Source: Pseudomonadota bacterium
Lineage (GTDB): Bacteria; Pseudomonadota; Alphaproteobacteria; Rhodobacterales; Rhodobacteraceae
Direction of reading: 5' to 3'
NCBI GenBank assembly: GCA_038530555.1
Contig: JBCBCN010000002.1
Location: 51,980-115,979, forward strand
Length of the DNA: 64,000 bases
The notes below the pieces were generated by a model. The model searched no databases. It was given only the letters and a program-made list of their open reading frames with translations, and was not told the DNA's origin. The position numbers and the translations under genes are program-made. Below, one piece after another: positions 9,473 through 18,785 of the stretch (the first letter of the stretch is position 1; each line of letters opens with the position of its first letter).

Positions 9473-11317
9473 ATGTCCGCCCTCGATCACAAAATAGGCT
9501 CATCTGCGCCCGCCGCGCCTATCCGGCAGCTTGATGAAGCCGCGATCAATCGCATTGCCGCGGGAGAAGTGGTGGAGCGCCCAGCGAGCGCGGTCAAAGA
9601 GCTGGTCGAGAACGCGCTCGATGCCGGGGCGACACGGATCGAGATCGAGGTGGCGCAGGGCGGCAAAAGCCTGATCCGGGTGACGGATGATGGCTGTGGC
9701 ATCGCGGGGTCGGACTTGCCACTGGCGCTTTCACGTCACGCCACGTCCAAGATCGACGGCACCGATCTGATGAACATCCATTCCTTCGGCTTCCGCGGTG
9801 AGGCCCTGCCCTCGCTCGGTGCGGTCGGGCGTTTGCGCATTACAAGCCGCGGCCCTGATGGCGGCCATAGCGTGCGCGTGGATGGCGGGCGTCAGGGCCC
9901 AGTAGAGCCCCGGGCCATCGGGCGCGGCACAGTCGTGGAGCTGCGCGATCTGTTCTATGCCACCCCCGCGCGCCTGAAGTTCCTGCGAAGCGACCGGGCT
10001 GAGATGCAGGCGCTGAACGATGTGGTCAAACGCCTGGCCTTGGCCGAACCGATGGTGGGCTTTCGCCTACGCGATGTTGATGCGGCGCGGGATACGCTTC
10101 GCGTCGAGCTGGGCAACGGCGATCTGTTCGATGCCCTGCGCCAGCGTCTGAGGGCGGTGATTGGCGCAGACTTCATCGACAACGCCATTGCCGTTGACGC
10201 CAAGCGGGAGGAGGTCTCGCTCACCGGCTTCGCCGCGTTGCCCACCTATTCCCGGGGCGCGGCGGTGGCGCAGTTCTTTTTCGTCAATGGCCGCCCGGTG
10301 CGCGACAAGCTCCTGCTCGGGGCGCTGCGCGGCGCCTATGCCGATTTCCTCAGCCGCGATCGTCACCCGGCGGTGGCGCTGTTTGTCGAATGCCCGCCGG
10401 ACCAAGTGGATGTGAACGTGCATCCGGCCAAGTCAGAGGTGCGGTTTCGCGCCCCCGGCCTGGTGCGCGGCCTCATCATATCGGCGCTGAGGCACGCTTT
10501 GGTCGAGGCCGGGCATCGCGCCTCGTCCACCGTCGCGGCGGCGACACTCGGCGCCTTTCAGGCTGAGCCCGTGACCCCGCGGATCTATCAGATGGAGCTG
10601 AGCCGCGGACGCCCGACGCCCATATCCACGCCCCCCGAAACGCAAAGCGGCATGGCCGAAGCCGCGGCTCCGTTCGCGTCAGGTTTCGAAAGCTCTGCGC
10701 GCCATGAGCCGGTGGAGGCGGCGGCGCAGGGCCAAGACGCTCCGCTAGGTGCTGCGCGGGCACAGATGCACGAGAATTACATCCTGGCGCAGACGCAGGA
10801 CGGCCTGGTGATCGTCGATCAGCACGCCGCGCATGAGCGCCTGGTCTATGAAAGCCTCAAGGCACAGATGAGCGAGCGGGGCGTCGCAGCGCAAGCGTTG
10901 CTCATTCCCGAGATCGTCAGCCTGAGCGCGCAGGATGCAGATCGACTGCTCGTCCATGCAGAGGAGCTATCGCGGTTCGGGCTGACACTCGAGGCGTTCG
11001 GCCCCGGCGCGGTGGCAGTGCGAGAGACACCCGCGATCCTGGGCGAGATCAACGCTGAGGCGCTGTTGCGCGACATCCTCGATGAGCTTGACGAGGCGGG
11101 CGAGACGGTATCGCTTCTGGCGCGGATCGAGGCGATCTTGAGCCGCATAGCCTGTCACGGCTCGGTCCGGTCGGGGCGGCGCATGACCGCTGATGAGATG
11201 AACGCGCTTTTGCGCCAGATGGAGGCGACGCCCCATTCCGGCCAGTGCAACCATGGCCGCCCCACCTATGTTGAGCTCAAGCTGAGCGATATTGAAAAGC
11301 TGTTTGGCCGCCGATGA
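9473..11317 (+). CDS. mutL: DNA mismatch repair endonuclease MutL
   Basis: GHKL ATPase N-terminus (IRQLDEAAINRIAAGEVVERPASAVKELVENALDAG). C-terminal endonuclease motif region (DQHAAHERLVYE) and CPHGRP-like NHGRPT. ATG 9473 chosen because the track start 9287 reads through the MITE-like element. Confidence 0.9.
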   Translation: MSALDHKIGSSAPAAPIRQLDEAAINRIAAGEVVERPASAVKELVENALDAGATRIEIEVAQGGKSLIRVTDDGCGIAGSDLPLALSRHATSKIDGTDLMNIHSFGFRGEALPSLGAVGRLRITSRGPDGGHSVRVDGGRQGPVEPRAIGRGTVVELRDLFYATPARLKFLRSDRAEMQALNDVVKRLALAEPMVGFRLRDVDAARDTLRVELGNGDLFDALRQRLRAVIGADFIDNAIAVDAKREEVSLTGFAALPTYSRGAAVAQFFFVNGRPVRDKLLLGALRGAYADFLSRDRHPAVALFVECPPDQVDVNVHPAKSEVRFRAPGLVRGLIISALRHALVEAGHRASSTVAAATLGAFQAEPVTPRIYQMELSRGRPTPISTPPETQSGMAEAAAPFASGFESSARHEPVEAAAQGQDAPLGAARAQMHENYILAQTQDGLVIVDQHAAHERLVYESLKAQMSERGVAAQALLIPEIVSLSAQDADRLLVHAEELSRFGLTLEAFGPGAVAVRETPAILGEINAEALLRDILDELDEAGETVSLLARIEAILSRIACHGSVRSGRRMTADEMNALLRQMEATPHSGQCNHGRPTYVELKLSDIEKLFGRR

Positions 11318-12489
11318 TCCAAATCGGCGAAACGACCATCGATCTCAGCGATCCCTTTGTCCTGACCGTGATCCTCGCGGGTTTCGCCGGTTTAGTGCTC
11401 TTGATCATGGTGGCCCTGGCGCTGAAGGCGGCAAACCGCGCGGCGCGGGCGATTGAGCCATTGGGCCAGAGCCTCGGCGGACTTGGGCAGCGCGTGGAGA
11501 CGTTGAGCGCCGGGCAGCAGCAGCTCACGGGCGGGCTGACCCATGTCTCGGAGATGCAAGCGCGCGCCCAGGCCCAGATGCTCGAAGCAATGGAGCGGCG
11601 TCTCGAGGATGTGCAAAAAGGCATGGCGGAGACCCTGCACGGAACCTCGACCCGCACCGCGCGCTCGCTTGGGGAATTGCAGCAAAAGCTCGAACAGATC
11701 GACAAAGCCCAAGCAAAGATCGAGCAGCTTTCCGGCAATGTCCTGAGTTTGCAGGATATCCTGTCGAACAAACAACGCCGCGGCCTGTTCGGAGAGATCC
11801 AGCTCGCCGATATCGTCGGCAAGGCCCTTCCGGCGGATGCCTTCACCTTGCAAGCCACGCTGTCGAACAGCAAACGCGCCGATTGCCTGGTTCATCTGCC
11901 CAACCCGCCCGGACCGATCGCCATTGACGCCAAATTCCCGCTGGAGGCCTATGAGGCCCTGGTGGCGGCAGAGGGGCCCGATCAGGTCAAGCGCGCGCAG
12001 CGTGACCTTGCCCAGGCCGTGCGCGTCCATATCCGGGACATCGCCGGGCGCTATATCATCGAGGGCGAGACCGCCGATGGTGCGCTGATGTTCCTGCCGT
12101 CAGAGGCGGTCTATGCCGAGCTCCATGCCAGGCTGCCGGAGGTGGTGCGGGAGGGATTCGCGGCGCGGGTCTGGATCGTCTCTCCAACGACCTGCATGGC
12201 GACGCTCAACACGATGCGCGCGGTGCTCAAAGACGCCCGCATGCGCGAACAAGCCGGGGAGATCCGCAAAGCGCTCAAGCAGCTTCACCGCGATGTGGAA
12301 CTGGTGGGCGAGCGTGCGGGCAAGCTTGAGACCCATCTGCGCCAAGCGGGCGACGACGTGGCAGGCATCCTGACCGCCTCTGCCCGCGCCGGAAAACGCG
12401 CCGAACGCCTGGACAATTTCGATTTTGAGGAGCTTTCGGGGCCCGATGCGCCAGCAACCGGCGACGTGGTGCGCCTCGCGCCGGATTAA
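11314..12489 (+). CDS. rmuC: DNA recombination protein RmuC
   Basis: N-terminal TM segment, long coiled-coil, and a C-terminal RmuC nuclease-like domain (FLPSEAVYAE). ATGA overlap with the mutL stop. Confidence 0.85.
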   Translation: MIQIGETTIDLSDPFVLTVILAGFAGLVLLIMVALALKAANRAARAIEPLGQSLGGLGQRVETLSAGQQQLTGGLTHVSEMQARAQAQMLEAMERRLEDVQKGMAETLHGTSTRTARSLGELQQKLEQIDKAQAKIEQLSGNVLSLQDILSNKQRRGLFGEIQLADIVGKALPADAFTLQATLSNSKRADCLVHLPNPPGPIAIDAKFPLEAYEALVAAEGPDQVKRAQRDLAQAVRVHIRDIAGRYIIEGETADGALMFLPSEAVYAELHARLPEVVREGFAARVWIVSPTTCMATLNTMRAVLKDARMREQAGEIRKALKQLHRDVELVGERAGKLETHLRQAGDDVAGILTASARAGKRAERLDNFDFEELSGPDAPATGDVVRLAPD

Positions 12490-12496
12490 GCGGGGC

Positions 12497-12973
12497 TCAG
12501 GCCGTGGCGAAGGTCACGTTCAGGATCGCTTGCAGCGCATCGGCATCCGCTTGATCGAAGGCATCGGGCTGATCGCTGTCGATATCGAGCACCGCGATCA
12601 GTGCTTCCGAACCATCAAAAACCGGCAGGACCAGCTCTGAACGCGTGCTGGCCGCGCAGGCTATATGGCCCGGAAAGGCCTCCACATCCGGGACAAGCTG
12701 CACCGTTTGCGTCCGTGCGCAGGCGCCGCAGACCCCGCGGGAAAACGGGATGGCTAGGCAGCCATGGCCGCCCTGATAGGGGCCGATCTTCAAAAGCTCG
12801 GGCGCGACGACCCGGTAGAACCCCGTCCAGTTAAAACGCGCATCGGCATGGTGGATCTCACAGGCAAGTGTCGCCATGAGGGCGACGGGATCCTCCTCAC
12901 CCTCGGTCAATGCGGCTATGGTGGCGCGCAAGTCGGCGTAGTCCACACGGCTACTTTGAGCGGTGCCGTCCAA
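12497..12973 (-). CDS. GAF domain protein (free methionine-R-sulfoxide reductase-like)
   Basis: 158 aa. WTGFY..., GPYQGGHGC ... GVCGA motif pattern of YebR/MsrC-type single GAF proteins. Confidence 0.75.
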   Translation of the reverse strand: MDGTAQSSRVDYADLRATIAALTEGEEDPVALMATLACEIHHADARFNWTGFYRVVAPELLKIGPYQGGHGCLAIPFSRGVCGACARTQTVQLVPDVEAFPGHIACAASTRSELVLPVFDGSEALIAVLDIDSDQPDAFDQADADALQAILNVTFATA

Positions 12974-12976
12974 CGC

Positions 12977-14185
12977 TCAGACCCGTTCGATCGCGATGGC
13001 CGTGCCTTCGCCACCGCCGATACAGATTGCCGCGATCCCACGCTTGAGTTTATGACGCTCCAGGGCGTGGAGCAGCGTGACCATAATCCGCGCACCCGAG
13101 GCCCCGATCGGATGTCCCAGGGCACAGGCCCCGCCATGTAAGTTCAGCTTTTCGTGCGGCACGCCGAGCTCATGCATGAAAGCCATCGGCACGACGGCGA
13201 AGGCCTCATTCACTTCCCAAAGATCCACGTCGTCGACGCTCCAACCCAGCGTATCGAGGAGCTTACGCGCCGCGGGCACAGGCGCCGTGGTGAACCAGCC
13301 GGGGGCCTGAGCATGGCTTGCATGGCCAAGGATGCGCGCGCGGATGTTCCAACCATTGGCCTTGGCGGCGTCTTCTCTGGCCAAAGTCAGGGCTGCGGCG
13401 CCGTCGGAGATTGACGAGGAGTTTGCGGCAGTGACCGTTCCGCCCTCGCGGAAGGCTGGCTTCAGCGAGGGGATCTTTTCGGGCCGTGCCTTGCCGGGCT
13501 GTTCGTCTTTTTCGATGCGCGCGCCGGACGCATCTCCGGCTGAGACCAAGTGCCGTTTTCCGGGGCGTCCCGCCACGCCAAGCGGTGTGATCTCAGCCGC
13601 GAAAGCTCCGGATGTCTGGGCCTGGGTCGCGCGGTCGAGCGAGCTGAGGGCATAGTCGTCTTGCGCCTGGCGGGTGAATTGGAACCTCTCGGCGCAATCC
13701 TCGGCGAAGGTGCCCATCAAACGGCCCTTCTCGTAGGCATCTTCGAGGCCATCGACGAACATATGATCCACGGTGCGCCCATGGCCGATCCGCGCGCCAT
13801 CGCGCATCGTCGGCAGGAGATAGGGGGCGCCTGTCATGCTTTCCATACCGCCCGCCACGATCGCGTCGGACCGGCCCAAGGCCAGGGCGTCGTAGGCCAT
13901 CATCGCGGCCTTCATGCCCGAGCCGCACATCTTGTTGAGGGTGGTGGCTGGAACCTCTTCGCCTAGCCCTGCGTGAAATCCGGCCTGGCGCGCGGGCGCT
14001 TGGCCCTGCCCAGCCGGGAGCACACAGCCCATCAGGACTTCATCCACACTTACCGTCCCCGCTTGGTCCAAGGCAGACGCGATGGCCGCGCCGCCAAGCT
14101 CGGCCGCGCTGACACCGCTTAAACAGCCCTGAAAGCCGCCCATCGGTGTCCGGGCGGCCCCGCAAATCACCACATTCTGCTCCAT
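12977..14185 (-). CDS. acetyl-CoA C-acyltransferase (thiolase)
   Basis: Thiolase motifs: NKMCGSGMKA (active Cys), NEAFA, and GGACALGHPIGASGARI / CIGGGEGTA at the C-terminus. Confidence 0.9.
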   Translation of the reverse strand: MEQNVVICGAARTPMGGFQGCLSGVSAAELGGAAIASALDQAGTVSVDEVLMGCVLPAGQGQAPARQAGFHAGLGEEVPATTLNKMCGSGMKAAMMAYDALALGRSDAIVAGGMESMTGAPYLLPTMRDGARIGHGRTVDHMFVDGLEDAYEKGRLMGTFAEDCAERFQFTRQAQDDYALSSLDRATQAQTSGAFAAEITPLGVAGRPGKRHLVSAGDASGARIEKDEQPGKARPEKIPSLKPAFREGGTVTAANSSSISDGAAALTLAREDAAKANGWNIRARILGHASHAQAPGWFTTAPVPAARKLLDTLGWSVDDVDLWEVNEAFAVVPMAFMHELGVPHEKLNLHGGACALGHPIGASGARIMVTLLHALERHKLKRGIAAICIGGGEGTAIAIERV

Positions 14186-14274
14186 GAAACCCGCCCTCTC
14201 TACCGATTTTCGTATGGATACCGAATGATAACCCTTGGCGTCTAGCCTGTGCGCGAGTCAGTCGGAGTGATGTC

Positions 14275-14625
14275 ATGAACCTTACCTTAAACACCGAGGG
14301 CCCGGTCGACGTGGTCACCGTGGAAGAGGACCGCATCGATGCCGCGGTGGCAGTAGATTTCAAAGATGCCTTTCGGTCTTTGACGACCGATCGTAAGGGC
14401 GCTGTGGTCCTTGATCTCAATCGGGTGGCATTTCTAGATTCCAGCGGTCTGGGATCTGTTGTCGCCGTGCAGAAGCTTTTGGGCGAAGGGCGCCCGCTTG
14501 AACTTGCTGGGTTACAGCCGGCCGTGGCGAAGGTCATGCAGTTGACGAGAATGCATACGGTTTTCTCGATCCACCCAACTCTCAGTGCCGCGCTCGCAGC
14601 GCATGGATCCGCCCCCGCCGCTTGA
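14275..14625 (+). CDS. STAS domain anti-sigma-factor antagonist (SpoIIAA/RsbV-like)
   Basis: 116 aa. LDLNRVAFLDSSGLGSVV contains the conserved phosphorylatable DSSG motif. Confidence 0.8.
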   Translation: MNLTLNTEGPVDVVTVEEDRIDAAVAVDFKDAFRSLTTDRKGAVVLDLNRVAFLDSSGLGSVVAVQKLLGEGRPLELAGLQPAVAKVMQLTRMHTVFSIHPTLSAALAAHGSAPAA

Positions 14626-14632
14626 GGTCGAA

Positions 14633-15088
14633 ATGACATTTCAAATTGGGCGCCAGACCTGGGCAGATACGCCAAGTTGTGACCTGAGCTTCGCAGCCTC
14701 CCCTACCAATGTGAGATTTGCGCTAATTCTTGTTGGCGACTTCCTTGAACGCCGGGGGCTTGCGGCGGCGCGCGATGACGTCGCCTTGGCCTTGGGCGAA
14801 GCGCTAAACAACATCGAAGAACATGCTTATGCGGACCGCAGCGGTGGGCCGGTCGTCTTGCGCGTGGCCAGTCAAGGGGCGCGGGTGATGATCGACATCA
14901 CGGACTATGGTGCGGCCTTGCCGGACAAGAAGCTTCCCGCTGCAATGATGCCCGAACTGGACAACGTGGCGCTGAACGACTTGCCGGAGGGTGGGTTTGG
15001 CTGGGCGTTGATTGGTGCGATCAGCGAATCCATTAGCTACGAGCGGCGTGACAATGAAAACCGCTTAGCATTCTCGATTGCCTCCTAA
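14633..15088 (+). CDS. anti-sigma regulatory factor, Ser/Thr kinase (RsbW/SpoIIAB-like, HATPase_c_2)
   Basis: The track ORF starts at 14585 and overlaps the STAS gene. ATG 14633 lies 7 nt after the STAS stop. EALNNIEEHAY (N-box-like) and GGFGWALI (G-box-like) motifs. Confidence 0.7.
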   Translation: MTFQIGRQTWADTPSCDLSFAASPTNVRFALILVGDFLERRGLAAARDDVALALGEALNNIEEHAYADRSGGPVVLRVASQGARVMIDITDYGAALPDKKLPAAMMPELDNVALNDLPEGGFGWALIGAISESISYERRDNENRLAFSIAS

Positions 15089-15270
15089 TCACGATCAATA
15101 CCGGCCACTTGCCCTCTTTGTTTCCACCTTTTCCTTGTTGCCCCAAGAAGGCCCAAAACACTCCGTAACTTGGCCTGTATGGCCCGGGATAACGACAGGG
15201 TAGCTGCAATAGCTTCCCTCGGTGTCGCGTCGTTAAGCCCCCACCCATTGGCGCGGCACCGAGGTTCTTA

Positions 15271-15280
15271 CCCCCCCCCC
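15271..15280. repeat. C10 homopolymer tract in an intergenic region
   Basis: Ten consecutive C residues read directly from the sequence, ~100 bp upstream of the ggt-like start. Confidence 0.9.
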
Positions 15281-15381
15281 TAGCACCGCCGAACTTTCTT
15301 ACTAGTCTGTCACAATGGACCTGTTGTGCCTTATCGGGCATGCAGTAATCTGTAGCAGGACTTGAGGGAGACCGGGACTTT

Positions 15382-16959
15382 ATGCGCGACTTTCATTTGC
15401 CGGGCCGGTCATCTGTTTTTGCAAGCCAGGGGCTTTGCGCGACGTCTCACCCCATCGCGACACGGATTGGCGTTGACCTTCTGCGATCAGGCGGAAACGC
15501 GGTAGATGCGGCCGTCGGCATGGCCGCCATCCTGGGCGTTTGCGAGCCCGCGATGACGGGCCTTTACGGCGACTGTTTCGCGCTCATCAAACGCCCAGGT
15601 GAGGCACCGCGCGGTCTCAACGCCTCGGGTGCCGCCCCGGCCGGCCTTGATACATCAGACCTCATCGAAGGCGGTGCCTTACAGATCCCAAACGACCACC
15701 CCGCTGGCATCACCCTGCCGGGCGCAGTGGATGGGTTTTGCAAGCTGCACGGTGATTACGGGCAGCTTGGCCTGGATCAGGTCCTGCGGCCGGCGATTGA
15801 CAATGCTCAGGCCGGTGTGCCGGTCGCGCCGCGCGTGGCCTTCGACTGGGCCCGCTGGCATGGCTCGCTGCACGGTGTCGCCCGGGACTACTACTTGAAA
15901 AAGGGCGCGCCCTACGAAGCCGGAGACATCTTCCGTGCGCCCGGCCAGGCCGAGGTTTTGCGCCGGATCGCAGAGAATGGGCGGGCTGGCTTTTACGAAG
16001 GTGACGTGGCTGATGATTTGATTGCGTCACTTCAGGCGCTCGGCGCCAGCCACAACCAGGACGATCTTTCTAGTGTCGAAGCAGACTATGTCACCCCGAT
16101 GAGCGTTCTTTATAAGGGTCATCGCCTGCACGAGTTGCCGCCGAACAGTCAGGGGCCCATGGCGCTTCTGCTGGCGCAAATGATCGAGCAATTCGATCTC
16201 TCGGGCATGGATCCCACGGGTGCAGAGCGCGCCCATCTCGAAGCGGAGTTGGGCAAGCTTGCCTTTGATGCGCGTGACCGCTTTGTGGGCGACCCCGCGC
16301 TGAGCGGACGCATGGATCACATGCTCGCCCCCGAAACCGCGCGACATCTGGCAGGGCTCTATCAGCCGGGTGTCGTGATCGACCAGGCGCCGCTTTTGAC
16401 CGAAAGCGCGCATAAGGAGACGGTCTATTTGTGCGCGGTCGATAGCGACGGTCTGATGGTTTCGATGATCTATTCGATTTTCAAGGATTTCGGGTCGGGT
16501 CGCGCCTCGGACAAATACGGGATCCTGTTTCACAATCGCGGCTGCGGCTTCAATCTGCTGCCGGGCCATCCGAACGAGGCGCGCCCCGGACGCCGTCCCA
16601 TGCACACGATCATTCCGGCTTTGCTCGAAGAGCCAAGCGGCGCGCTGACCGCATTCGGGGTTATGGGCGGCCAGTACCAGGCGGTCGGTCATGCACGGTA
16701 TCTGAGTAATGTCGTAGATTACGCCATGAGCCCGCAAGAGGCGATCGATGCGCCGCGCAGTTTCGCCATAGACGGTGAGCTTAAGGTCGAGCGGGGCTAT
16801 GCGCCCGAGGTGCGCGACGCCCTTGCGAATTTCGGCCACAAGGTCACTGTGCCCGACACGCCGATTGGCGGCGCACAGGCGGCACGGTGGGATCCGGCGA
16901 AAGGTGTGATCGAAGGCGCGTCCGACCCACGAAAGGACGGGATCGCGCTCGGTTACTGA
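15382..16959 (+). CDS. ggt: gamma-glutamyltransferase family Ntn-hydrolase (no signal peptide)
   Basis: 525 aa. GGNAVDAAV near the N-terminus, a candidate autoprocessing Thr in HKETVYL, and GGxxQ-type C-terminal motifs (MGGQYQ). Confidence 0.85.
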   Translation: MRDFHLPGRSSVFASQGLCATSHPIATRIGVDLLRSGGNAVDAAVGMAAILGVCEPAMTGLYGDCFALIKRPGEAPRGLNASGAAPAGLDTSDLIEGGALQIPNDHPAGITLPGAVDGFCKLHGDYGQLGLDQVLRPAIDNAQAGVPVAPRVAFDWARWHGSLHGVARDYYLKKGAPYEAGDIFRAPGQAEVLRRIAENGRAGFYEGDVADDLIASLQALGASHNQDDLSSVEADYVTPMSVLYKGHRLHELPPNSQGPMALLLAQMIEQFDLSGMDPTGAERAHLEAELGKLAFDARDRFVGDPALSGRMDHMLAPETARHLAGLYQPGVVIDQAPLLTESAHKETVYLCAVDSDGLMVSMIYSIFKDFGSGRASDKYGILFHNRGCGFNLLPGHPNEARPGRRPMHTIIPALLEEPSGALTAFGVMGGQYQAVGHARYLSNVVDYAMSPQEAIDAPRSFAIDGELKVERGYAPEVRDALANFGHKVTVPDTPIGGAQAARWDPAKGVIEGASDPRKDGIALGY

Positions 16960-16963
16960 GGGC

Positions 16964-17290
16964 TCAGTTCAGGCGAAACTCAAGCGGGTAACGGTCGCCC
17001 TGAAAATCTCCGAATAGATCGTGCAGGTCCGGGTGATCGATAGGCTCACCGGTTTCATCGGGGACTAGGTTCTGCTCGGACACGTAAGCCACGTAATAGC
17101 TTTCGTCGTTCTCCGCCAAAAGGTGGTAGAATGGCTGCTCCTTGCGGGGACGGCTCGATTCCGGGATCGCTTGATACCAGGCTTCGGTGTTTGAAAACTC
17201 CGCGTCGATGTCGAAAACGACACCGCGGAATGGATGCTTGCGATGCCGGACAACTTGTCCAAGGCCGTATTTCGCTTCGGTTTTCATCAT
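16964..17290 (-). CDS. hspQ: heat shock protein HspQ (YccV-like hemimethylated-DNA-binding domain)
   Basis: MMKTEAKYGLGQVVRHRKHPFRGVVFDIDAEF... is a classic HspQ N-terminus. The track ORF extends upstream to 17398 without homology. Confidence 0.8.
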   Translation of the reverse strand: MMKTEAKYGLGQVVRHRKHPFRGVVFDIDAEFSNTEAWYQAIPESSRPRKEQPFYHLLAENDESYYVAYVSEQNLVPDETGEPIDHPDLHDLFGDFQGDRYPLEFRLN

Positions 17291-17495
17291 CGCAATCGTA
17301 CCCCCTAAGCACCGAGATAGCGAAATCTCGCCTGTTTTGTCCATTGCTCCGGCGCGGAAACATGGGAAACAGATTGTGAAGTGCCCCCCGACAGTCACGG
17401 GGCCTCGACAACACTCTTCTCAACACACTTCCCAAAAGTCGCGAATTCCCTTAATCTTGGGCAAAAGAAGCGATAGACTTCGAGCAGGTAAAGAC

Positions 17496-18074
17496 ATGAG
17501 ACAGGTTCTATTTCTCCTGATTTTATTGGGCGTTGCAGCATGTGGGCGGCAACAATTCAGCGCGCCGCGTAATCTCGACAATGCGTGCCTCCTGGCCCAG
17601 GAGCGGCCGGAATACATGCAGGCCATGCAATTGGCCGAGAGCAATTGGGGCGTGCCGGTGCCCGTTCAGATGGCGACAATCTATCAAGAAAGCCGGTTTA
17701 TCGGCGATGCGCGAACACCCTATCGCTATGCCCTGGGCGTGATTCCCACCGGTCGGGTCAGCTCGGCCTTTGGCTACAGTCAGGCCCTCGACGGCACCTG
17801 GGACGACTACCGTGCCGAGACGGGCAACAGGCGGGCCAATCGGACCGATATTTTCGACGCAACGGACTTCATCGGCTGGTACATGACGCACACCGTCAAC
17901 CGGAACGGCATCCCGATGGGCGATGCCCGCAACCAATACCTCGCCTATCACGAAGGCCATGCCGGCTTTGCGCGCGGCAGCTACAACCGCAAGGCTTGGC
18001 TTCTCAGGGTGGCCGACACGGTGGCGGACCGCGCCGAACTTTATCAGGCGCAGCTCATCACCTGCGGCGGTTAA
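17496..18074 (+). CDS. lipoprotein with transglycosylase SLT-like domain
   Basis: ATG 17496 gives the lipobox MRQVLFLLILLGVAAC-G. IYQESRF (catalytic Glu-Ser) and GYSQALDGTW motifs resemble SLT_2 domains. The upstream part of track ORF 17187 is antisense to hspQ. Confidence 0.6.
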   Translation: MRQVLFLLILLGVAACGRQQFSAPRNLDNACLLAQERPEYMQAMQLAESNWGVPVPVQMATIYQESRFIGDARTPYRYALGVIPTGRVSSAFGYSQALDGTWDDYRAETGNRRANRTDIFDATDFIGWYMTHTVNRNGIPMGDARNQYLAYHEGHAGFARGSYNRKAWLLRVADTVADRAELYQAQLITCGG

Positions 18075-18075
18075 T

Positions 18076-18693
18076 CTAAAAGCCGCGGGACCGCAGCTCG
18101 GACTGGATCGAAAAGAGGCGGGAGGCCAGACGAGCGCCGCGTTCCAGCGCACCCAAGATCACCGTTGTCTGCGTCCCGCCTTCGTCCGTGATCACCCATT
18201 GGCGGAGCTCGACCGGATCTGCGGTAAAGACCAACTGGATCGTGCCGATCTCAGGGCGTTCGGGGTCTCGTGCTGTGATCGTTGTGCTGGTCGCGTCACC
18301 GAAATGGTCCGAGACCATGTTCGACCGGCTTAGGTCAATCTCATCGGCGAGGATCAGGCTCAGCGGTGTACGCCGCAGGGGATATTGCTCGGGCATTGCG
18401 TTCGAGCGGCCATCGAAAATCGCAAGCTGCCCGCCCCCGGCCATCACCAGAACACCCGCATCGGCACCGTCATACTCAAAACGCACGCGCCCCGGGCGAT
18501 GCAAGTAGATGGTGCCCGTGGACACTGTGCCGTCGGCATTGACCTGGGTAAAGCTGCTTTGCGCTGTGTCGATGCCGTTGAGATATCGCGACAGATCATC
18601 GAGCGGGATGAGCTCTTGGGCGGTGAGCGCGCTCGGCGCGATCAAAGCTGCAGCCGTGAGGCTGAGGGCAAGGCGACGGGTTAAGGCACGCAT
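18076..18693 (-). CDS. lolA: outer-membrane lipoprotein carrier protein LolA
   Basis: Signal peptide (MRALTRRLALSLTAAALIAPSALTA) and a FTQ...G...L...PGRVRFEY pattern typical of LolA. Confidence 0.8.
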   Translation of the reverse strand: MRALTRRLALSLTAAALIAPSALTAQELIPLDDLSRYLNGIDTAQSSFTQVNADGTVSTGTIYLHRPGRVRFEYDGADAGVLVMAGGGQLAIFDGRSNAMPEQYPLRRTPLSLILADEIDLSRSNMVSDHFGDATSTTITARDPERPEIGTIQLVFTADPVELRQWVITDEGGTQTTVILGALERGARLASRLFSIQSELRSRGF

Positions 18694-18785
18694 GAAAAAC
18701 TCCCACACTGGACCCCATTAAGGTAGGTATTGACGCTTTGCATGGCTAGCACCCGACGGTCACGACGTGGTGTCCGATGCGTCGC

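Noticed and set aside
15033-15341. A 102-aa minus-strand ORF in the kinase-ggt spacer.
   Set aside because: It overlaps the 3' end of the kinase gene, spans the C10 tract (read as a Gly run), and is Gly/Arg/Lys-rich low complexity with no start context. I treat the region as non-coding.
17187-17495. A 103-codon upstream extension of the SLT-like lipoprotein ORF.
   Set aside because: It is antisense to hspQ and would bury the canonical lipoprotein signal peptide, which begins at ATG 17496.
18709-18785. Looked for a dif (XerCD) site near ftsK, and for terminus or origin signatures.
   Set aside because: No ATAA-N6-TTAT-centred 28-bp dif-like palindrome was seen here or elsewhere by eye. ftsK location does not predict dif position.
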